Assembly (NCBI GenBank): GCA_002269645.1
Contig: NIVC01000930.1
Coordinates: forward strand, 310,001-374,000
From: Macrostomum lignano
Lineage: Eukaryota
Length of the DNA: 64,000 nucleotides
Direction of reading: 5' to 3'
Under the pieces are notes generated by a model. It was not told the origin of the DNA. It worked only from the letters and a program-made list of their open reading frames with translations, and made no database searches. Position 1 is the stretch's first letter. The number at the start of each line of letters is the position of its first letter. Of this stretch, positions 55,141 to 64,000 are shown piece by piece. Both the position numbers and the translations under genes were made by a program.

Positions 55141-58100
55141 AAAAGGTCCAAATTATTCCCTGCTGAAAAATGTTCTATGTGGGTTTTTTCTAGCGCATAG
55201 CAACTACATATCTTAGTTGCTTTGCTTTTTGCAGCCCATTTGGGCCTACACGCATTGAATTTAATCCAAGATATGCGCATTTAATTTGGTCCAACAAGCA
55301 TCAGTTTGGTCCAGACGCTTCATTTGCAAGCGATCGAAGCACTCGACAGAGTTGAACACCCAAAGGACATTGCAAGGTTGCTCAATGTAAATTAAAGAGA
55401 AAATGGTTTACAGCATCCAGTTTACAGGCTAGAGCCTCGGGTCCAACTGCTACTCGATGCAATTGAGATGAACCCTTTGTTGACGTTGCAGAAAATGCAG
55501 CAGAAGTTTAAGGAACTGTTCCAGTTGGTTGTCAGATTGTTGGTACAGACGCTGACATTCTCAGTAGTACGCAACAACCTGCAGACGGTTGCGAGAAGGC
55601 AAGAGTTGTACCGAATGGCTCACGAGCGTTTGGATCAGATTGACGTTTGTTGAACCAAATTAAATGCCATAGACAAGAGCTCCGTTACTTTGGCAAACGT
55701 ATCTTGGATTAACTTCAATGCGTGTAGGTCCAAATAGGCTGCATAAAGCTGTACTATCATTAATATATACGATTTATCTATACTATGCATAACGTGCTTA
55801 AAAGAACACTGGCTTAGCAATTGATAAGAGTCAGTGGTCGACGACATTAGAGTGCCATTAGACCGACATTAGCCATGAGGGCCAAGCCCCCAAGGCACAG
55901 TGAAGTGTACATGCCTAACGATAAATAAAGTTAGGGCCGCTGTACACTCCTGTGTGAGTGTGTGCTTAGCTGTGCGTGTGACTGCGTACTGCTCGGGGGA
56001 ATCAGTGGAATGGGCAGCAATGCCTCTCGCTGGTTGTGTGTGCACAGCCTCTAATTAGTGCTTATATATGTTGAATTGCCGCTTATTGGTATGGATTGGC
56101 ACAGACACTGCCTGCTATATAGATTTTAGTTTGAGAACTTCTACAGGGGGAATTATCGTGGTCCTTTTTTAATATTTGTTCCGAGCTTTATGTAATTCGT
56201 ATATTGATGGTAATTGTCTAAATAGGGTAAAGATTTGTATTGAGCATGTTAAATTTGTTGTCATCACGTGAGCTTTCACTTCTTTCAAACGTCTATCTGT
56301 ACAAGTGCATTCTGGTAGCGAATCAACCGAACGCTTGTTTGTTTGCTAATTTCAGCTGCCTGAGTTGTTTCTTGCTTACTTGTTATTTATTCATGCGAAG
56401 GTATATGCTATCTATTGATTTAGACAGATAAAGAACCACTAATTATCTGGGCTTATAAATATTTGCTACAGCAATCCAGTCCTGTGTATTATTCGTCAAT
56501 TTTTGTAATCGTTATCCTTGAATGTTTCTACTTTCAAATCCATTTATTGGTGGTTTCAATGTAACTTTCAACTGGCAGTGCTCGTATGCATAAATAAATA
56601 AATATCTACATATACACTTGCTTACGACTGCTTAATTTTTTATAATAGCTGAGTTCTTGTTACTTTTCTTGTTTAAAAAGACGACTGTCCAAGGAAAAAT
56701 ATAGCATTTTTTATTTTGCTAAAGAATTTGAGCATTCATTTAGAGACACTGTCAATCATACAATAAATCTATGTTATTACTTTCGTCTATGGTCAAAACA
56801 CCGTCGATGGTCTATGGCACACGGACGGACAGAGCATTGAATTTAAGACACAGAATTGGCGTTCCATGGTACCGCATAGGATCGCGGAGTCAGGCGTGGA
56901 TGTCATCACGGTTGCCAAGGGTGCACACTGTGCTTCCTGCCCCTATGCTTGGGCCCTGACAGAGTCTGATTGAGCGCGCATGTGGTCTAACAGTTTATTC
57001 ACAGTTGCAGTTGCAGACTTTTTCGCCATGTGCATCACAAAATTCGAATTTACTTTATCGCCTGTTCATTTTCTGTCACAAAATGCACATTTTTGTCTAA
57101 TGGTTCTGAGTTTAAAGTCCGAATTCAAGTGGTTGATGTCTTGAATTCAATGTTCTCTGTGGTGTCTCAATAGACTAACACAGGAAAAAACTAACGAGTA
57201 CTTAGGCAGGTAAGACTTTTGCCGGAAAAAGACGAGAGCTCCACTTAGGACAACCCGCGCTTATATTTAACATTCAACAATAAATTACTCGTATTACACT
57301 ATCGATAGATTAAAAACCCCAAAAAGTCACGTGATTCAAAATACCTTTAAAAATACATTATACGAATAATTTATGAACTACTCTACTTAAAGTAGTATTC
57401 TTAAAGTAGAGTAGTAAGAAAAATACCCCTATTATTTAGTTAGAAAAACGGCCCTTTTACGGGCTCGCTGCCACGACACAACACTCTCCTCATACATAGT
57501 TTTGGCTATAGATAATTGTCGAAGCATGGGTTGAAGCAGGGACTACTTCAGCATATAAACGACACTTGAGTAGTCCATATATGTAGGTTGAATATGGTTG
57601 GCTGTGTCTTGAATTTTATTCTCAACTAAAAATAAAAAGATCTAAATACCCCATGGTAGCTAGTTTAGAGTTCTACTGTTAAGTAATAAGGGCTTCTCAC
57701 TTAGTTTCGTTATTATATAGTTGTTCATCGGCTTAATTTTGATACGACCTCCGATTGCGCCACAGATACTAAAATAACTAGATGGGCCACTCAGGCATAT
57801 ATACTTAGAAAAACAGGCTTTCTACTTTCAGTTCAGTAGCAAAGAAGAATACATACGCTATTTTTAAAAAAGGCAACTGAAAAGACTTTGATAAGTTTAG
57901 AAGCCCAAGCTTGCAGGCGTAAACAACTTGCTAATTGGTTCAGCAATAATGTACATTAGCCAGTCCGGTGAAGTGTACGTGGCAGCTTTAGCAATAAAAT
58001 TGGGGCGGGGCGGGGGGTAGTGTGGAAAGGCGCGGTTGGAGGTTTTAATCTGGGGGGGTAAGAGCCATATAAGGTAAGAGCAACTGAAAGTAGCTTGCAC

Positions 58101-58442
58101 GCAAATGTGCTGAGTGGCCCATCTAGTTATTCTAGTAGTATCTGTGTATTGCGCCGAGTCGTGCTGTTTTCTGAAGCCATTTGCATAACCACGACATGCC
58201 TGCATGGCAAGTCCTTATGATGTTTTCTTATTATTAGAACTTGCATGCGTGCGGCTTCCATGCAAACTCGCTTTTTATAGATAAGCAGAACGATAATCAG
58301 AGTTGCATGTATAGCTATGGTTTATCCCCGGACGATGATGCGTTTAACTATTTAGACTGTCCTTCAGAAGCATCGATATAAACATGCATCTTTAAAGGGT
58401 AAGATACTCCTAGTAGACTCGAGTATACAACAGCCGCTTAGA

Positions 58443-59894
58443 ATGGTTCCACTCGAACAAACAGAAGCCGCTCGACTCATTGAAGATTCCAACGGCAGCA
58501 CCAGCCGGCGGATTGTTCCGATTATTAATAAATCTATCGCTCTTCTGCTCGCTATGAAATTGGTCGGCAACGTTCTTGAGTACCAGCTGGCCTACTTCAA
58601 CATTGACGCTTACATGCAATACCACCAGAATAGCAGCAACTGCCAGCGCGTGCCGTGCTCGCAGAAAAGCAACGCGTACAGCAACAGCCTGGTGTTGGGC
58701 GCTTCATTTGTGCTATCGACCCTTAGCGGCCTGATATCCGATCGGTTTGTTGGCTGCATTCGCGTCCTCATCGCCGGTTCCATCATCCAGTTGTGGGCGT
58801 CTGTCTTGTTCCCGATGCTGATCAGGACGTCGCTTCTGTGCCAGAGTCGCGCTTGGTACTATGCAATCGCTGCTAGTATGACATTATCACTGGGCCTGGT
58901 CGATCCCCTCCTGCTGTACGCCATCATGCAGCACACAAACGGGCCGCGATCTAGACGGTTTATATTGTTTTCATACTTTTTTGCTGCCGCGGGAACCGAG
59001 TGCCTTGGCTGTTTGCCGGCTATACTGAGGTACGTGACGCAGGAGTCGGGAGTAGCCGATAACTTTGATTTTATTGGAATCGTGTTTAGCGCGCTGCTAG
59101 TTGCGTGCGTGTTCTTCCTAGCCAAAGATGAAAACGTTTGTGACAGACTGCGAACTGAAAACTTCGAGTTTCCACGACTGCAAAGGCTTCGAAGATATTA
59201 CATTGCTGTTGCAGGCTTTATTCCATTCACGACAGTCATTATCTTGTGTAGAAATGTTTTTTATTTGACCGAGATCAAATACTATGCTAAGTATACTGAT
59301 GAAAATGTGAATTACGCCATCACCATCGGGAGCTATCAGTTGGCTACTGTTGTCTTCAGCCTGCTCGGAGCAGCTGCTGCGGCATCTAGAAAGTTCCCTC
59401 GCTGTCTGACGATTCGTATTCGAATCCAGTTTGGTCTGGGTCTCTTGCTAGCTTGCAAGATCATACTGTTCGTGGCGTCATTCTTTCATTGCGAATTATC
59501 AAATCTCGGTGAAAGTCACCCAATGGCTATTCAAGGCGCCTATTTTGTGGCCGGATTCATCGACGGACTAGCCAACTCGCTGACCGACGTGGCCATGTAC
59601 GAACTGGTCGACTGCATTGCGGAGAATTGCGCCCGAGCTATGTACTTGGGGATATTCTACACAACGTGGGGCTTGGGCCTCATGCTAGTGGGTATTGTTG
59701 TTAAAGTCTTAAAACTTCTTCCATCAGAGGGTCACGACATGATTCCGGGGCCTGATGGATTGCCGCACTTCTATATCAGATATGCAATTGTCATTGGTCT
59801 TCTCTTAATGTGCATGGGCTACTATTTAAAAGTAGCCTTACCGTTTGCGGAGCCCTTATGTTCAAGCGATGAATCGGATCAAGAACTTGACTAA
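58443..59894 (+). CDS. Intronless MFS transporter, divergent SLC15/POT (PTR2)-like, 483 aa
   Basis: About 11-12 hydrophobic segments; LSGLISDRFVGCIRVL resembles the POT motif GG.LAD..LGR.R.I; N-terminal EAARLI fits the [DE]xxxL[LI] lysosomal sorting motif seen in SLC15A4. Confidence 0.7.
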   Translation: MVPLEQTEAARLIEDSNGSTSRRIVPIINKSIALLLAMKLVGNVLEYQLAYFNIDAYMQYHQNSSNCQRVPCSQKSNAYSNSLVLGASFVLSTLSGLISDRFVGCIRVLIAGSIIQLWASVLFPMLIRTSLLCQSRAWYYAIAASMTLSLGLVDPLLLYAIMQHTNGPRSRRFILFSYFFAAAGTECLGCLPAILRYVTQESGVADNFDFIGIVFSALLVACVFFLAKDENVCDRLRTENFEFPRLQRLRRYYIAVAGFIPFTTVIILCRNVFYLTEIKYYAKYTDENVNYAITIGSYQLATVVFSLLGAAAAASRKFPRCLTIRIRIQFGLGLLLACKIILFVASFFHCELSNLGESHPMAIQGAYFVAGFIDGLANSLTDVAMYELVDCIAENCARAMYLGIFYTTWGLGLMLVGIVVKVLKLLPSEGHDMIPGPDGLPHFYIRYAIVIGLLLMCMGYYLKVALPFAEPLCSSDESDQELD

Positions 59895-60298
59895 TTTTGC
59901 ATTATTAATCATCAAATGGATCTCAAAACATAAATGTTCGCATGTAATTTTTTTCGCCTTGCAAGACCATCATATGTCCGAATTTAGAAAAGTAAAAAAG
60001 TCCGCGCGCTACTTTATCCTCGGATTTTAGATGTCATAGCTTGGATATGCACGGCATCACGAATTTTGCCTGTATAAAAACAAGACAGATTGGAGTCGGC
60101 AGAGTATTTAGCGTACCGTACAATAATATGAACAATGTAATATAGTAGCTGCATCTAAAAAGCAAATTTACTGACAAGGGTACGCGCGTTCGTTCCAATT
60201 GCTTCAAGGAAATATTAATTCAAAGGCCTCCAAATAATTTCAAGTAGTTTTGTTTCAATTTACTTGCACTTCAATTCAACTGATCGGCTATGTAAATA

Positions 60299-60814
60299 GT
60301 TTTTTGTGTTCTAGTTTGGACTGCGGGCTTTTAATTTGAACACAGAGTTGAGCAAAGCCCAGAGAATGTTGGCTAGTCTATGGCACAAACCAGAAGCAAC
60401 TGACGGGCTTTTAAATTCGACAGCGGGCACAAATTTGGACAGTCTTTTCTCTTGCATGTTTTTTCTTGAGCCAGCGCACAAAGTACACGACGAGTTTTTT
60501 AGAAGGAAGAAACAGGCTCTGACAACGCAAGAGTCTTAAAGTTTCAAGTTTTAGAAAATTGTATCTAATGGTTTGGATAAGTTCAATGTTTGGGTCAAAT
60601 ATACAGGTTCATAAACTACCCTCAAAAACTGATTACTGTCGTTCTTAACTTTGATCTTCTTGTCTTCTGTGTCCAAATTTGAGCCCGCTGTCGAATTTAA
60701 AAGCCCGTGAGTTGCTTCTGGTTTGTGCCATATAGACTAGCCAGCATTCTCTGGGCTTTGCTCAACTCTGTGTCCAAATTAAAAGCCCGCAGTCTAAACT
60801 AGAACGCAAAAAGC
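60299..60814. mobile_element. Foldback MITE with ~145-bp imperfect TIRs, TA-flanked
   Basis: 60297-60441 is the near reverse complement of 60670-60816. The arms carry internal GGGCTTTTAA subrepeats, and TA lies at 60297-60298 and 60815-60816. Superfamily not assignable. Confidence 0.82.
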
Positions 60815-63800
60815 TATAATAACAACAGCTATTTAATTCAAGAACGACTTTGTTTTGAATACTTGTTGCTTCAATCAGTAAATTTAAGATACGTATACTT
60901 TCTGAGTTTTGCAGACAATATTGTAAATAAATAATTTCATAAGTTTTTGCATTGTGGATAGCAGAGCAGTTACTAATGTTTATTTCTTACTAAACAAGCG
61001 GTTTGTTGTAATAAACAGTAATTATCGTCGTGTGCTTCGCCGAAAAATTCAAATGTGAATGTATTTTCGTAATATTCAATGTTGTCTCTGGAGCTCTTGT
61101 GGGTCGTTCTCAAAGCTAGGTCACAACTTTTTGTTATTGCAAAAAAAGTTTATACATCGACCAATAATCGTACCAAAAAAATTATTTCGACAATTTCTGT
61201 AAGAAGCTGCTACTAAAACCACAAGAAAACTTGAAATTGAGAAGAAATCAAGGCTATTTGTTATTCTTTGTTGCGGAAAATAAACGACAAAAATATTAAA
61301 GAGAAAATAAAATTTTCTTCTATTTTTATTTTAAATATGCAGTTAAATTTATTTTGCAAAAATAAAAGAACAAGAAATTGACAAAGGAAATGTTTTTGAG
61401 CACAGCATTTTGTTACTCTGCTCTAAATCCCAGACATTTAAAATTATCGTGTGCGAAAAAGTGCGAAATTATTATAGCATGCACTCGAAAGGACTTCGAT
61501 CAGTTTAACTAATCACTGAATTAAGAAGTCTAAATAAGTCTTGAAAGGTTGAATTAAAAATCAAGTTTTCACTATGTATCTTTTCAAAGTCAAGATGATT
61601 CGACAAATAAAGAATGTTCATTTTTACGGTGAACAGAATTGTTCATTTTTACATTAAATATAATAAAATCTAACTAATAATAGAAAAAGTCAGGGAACTA
61701 TCCTTGAACACCAAAGAGCACATTGTGGATTTAATATCAACTGCATGTTCCTTAATAAAGGAATTCGGATACTAGTATATATTTTATTTTTTGTAGCATA
61801 ATTTCTGAAAACTATAACTTGCTTGATTTTACTTTAAGTACTTATTACATTAATACTTATACCAAAGCTACATGTACTTAAAATAAAAAATTATAGTTAC
61901 TTATTAGACATTTTACTCCAATTAACTTAAAATAATTCAAATTTATTTTAATTAATTCATTTTTTGAAACTTTTTGGAAAATAGACAAGATTGAATTATT
62001 TAATTACCAAAAACCTACTAGCTTAACTAAAATAGCAATTAGTCTTTAAGAAAAGATTTCACTTGTTAATTGAGAAAAATGAGGATGTGCGAGGTGTAAA
62101 AATGCGAAAGAGCATGCAGGAAACAGAGACAAACAAAAATGTAGGTAAAAGACACTGCACATGCACATAATATGATAACCAGACATAATGCGCACACTGA
62201 AACACCAGTAGCAATGACGCCCAAGCTTTTGATGATCACAAGCGAAAAGGCAAAACCCAGCCATCAATCAAAGAAGTAGACTTTAGCACGCATCTTGAGT
62301 GCATCACGCATTTTTTGCAGAGAAGCTCGAAAATTAACATTGTATTCTGTGCACAACCACCAACTGCGACAGGGTCTGCCGGGGGATTTGTGGGCACGCA
62401 GTCGCGGATACAAATCGGAGGAGTCGCTGACCATTCTGAAATGACTAGCTAGTACATGTAATTTTGTGTATTAATATATTCAGTCCGCTTTATTTCTATG
62501 CTCTCGTCCGCCTCTCGTTAATGCATCCCCAGACTCTTGCAATAATAAAACTATGATCGACCTATGCATGGCTTCCGTCCCTCGCTTTGAATCTCTCACC
62601 TCCCCATAGTTCCATCAACCTTACCTTAGTGGCTTCCTATGCAAAAATCATCCCTCCGCATCTTACACAGGCTACTTCAGGCTGTAGACTGTACTACACT
62701 TTTACTTCAGTAATTAGTTGCGCTATAAGGAATCTACATGTATTTTGCTCGCAGCGCAGCGCGCTGCTCAAAGAAGTTTAGTTCTATCTAGATATTCTAG
62801 TAATTTCAGGTCATGAGATAAGAATTCCATTAACTAGTACATTTAATATGAATGAACTGCGTGTGTGTGTGCTGTGCATTCATATGTATAATATACGAGT
62901 AGTTTATGGGCCAAATTATTGTGTGGCACAATTCTTGGTATCACTCAGCAGGCACAAGATGCAGTTAAGCAGCGCACGAAAATTCTACAAAAGAAATTGA
63001 GCCTGGTTGAGGTGATGCGAGGAGGCAGATCCACACAATCTCAGTGAATACACCAGACTGCACCAGATACGAGTCCAGTCGAATGTGCGCACTGGTCTAA
63101 GCAGCACACGCATGTCCTTCTGACAATGACGGCACCTAGCTTCGTCCAAGCCTTTGCCAGCGTCACTGACAGCGTCAATACTACCATGCAGTGCCACCTG
63201 CAGCACCGACAACGGCAATTCCTCCAGTTAGCCCACTACAGTGGCTAAACTGAGGGACAGGGAACCTACCCACAGAAGACACACACATACACACACAGCA
63301 CCGGCAGCAGCACTCTGACAGCATAACCTAAAGCTCCATGAGCTCAGTTTTCAAGCATTGAAGAAGCAGAAGCAGTCATCTTGGATCCAGGGATCAGGAA
63401 GAGTGTTGCATGTCCGACATGTGCTGTTTCCGTGGCAAAAGGTGATGGAGCAAATTAATCAACACTTACTATCTAGCTCGTATTAAGACTAAAAAACTGA
63501 GGCAAGCTGGGATTAAACCAAAGAAAATTTTTTACTATACTTTTTTACCATACTTTTACTATACTTCTATAGTATAGTAGAGAGGAACTCTATTTAAATG
63601 CAGTAAGAAGTGAAACAAATTTATATATTTAATTATTAAATTAAATTAATTCAAGGTAAATAACTAATTTAACCAATTTATTAGGAGTATTTATTATTAT
63701 AATAAATTGATTTTTATACCTTACACGAAATAAGCTCTACATTCATTTCTTAGCTTGGGGCCCATCTGTATAAGGTCAGTTTCTTCAAAATGCTGATTAA

Positions 63801-64000
63801 TTAATTAAGGCCTGTTGTCTTTACTTAAATTTATAAGGGCATCTTAGAAGTTAATATTACTATATAATACATGTATAATAGTATTACTATATTATAGTAA
63901 TATAGTTGCAATTTTAATGACTATTGAATAAGTTTAAATGCTTCCCCTATTGACTCTAAATATATGGTATCTTTCCCTTCAGAAAAAATTAGCATAGAAT

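Noticed and set aside
62046-63450. GC-richer patches and short Cys-containing ORFs near the window end
   Set aside because: No consistent frame, splice chain or recognisable motif could be established by eye.

Overview
Eukaryotic (animal) genomic DNA with GC-rich, GT-AG spliced exons, poly-Gln coding tracts and introns filled with micro- and minisatellites. The style resembles a free-living flatworm such as Macrostomum (inference only). The central observation is a 14,292-bp DNA transposon of the CACTA/EnSpm (CMC) type at 10676-24967. It has perfect 14-bp TIRs (CCCGATTGAAAATC), a 3-bp TSD (CTG) and inverted arrays of a subterminal [AG]TCGGCACT motif. It is inserted 5 bp before the donor of exon 4 of an otherwise intact DEG/ENaC channel gene; removing it restores a 567-codon, 7-exon ORF with every splice phase matching. 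The element carries three apparently intact, intron-containing, minus-strand genes: a ~1038-aa DDE transposase, an F-box/LRR protein and a coiled-coil + BEN-domain protein. It also holds a nested hAT MITE and a relic of a second, divergent transposase. Other genes in the window: the 3' end of an Ig + beta-propeller gene, a myristoylated NCS/recoverin-like EF-hand gene, an orphan type-I membrane protein, a possible frameshifted BEN-like ORF, CREBZF, a frameshifted intronless IER3IP1, a coiled-coil + UBZ adaptor and a divergent SLC15-like transporter. Also present are a triplicated ENaC terminal exon, a tRNA-derived SINE, Tc1/mariner and other MITEs, and a Penelope-like relic. Gene models were assembled by hand from splice signals and reading phase; no database searches were run, and repeat boundaries are approximate.
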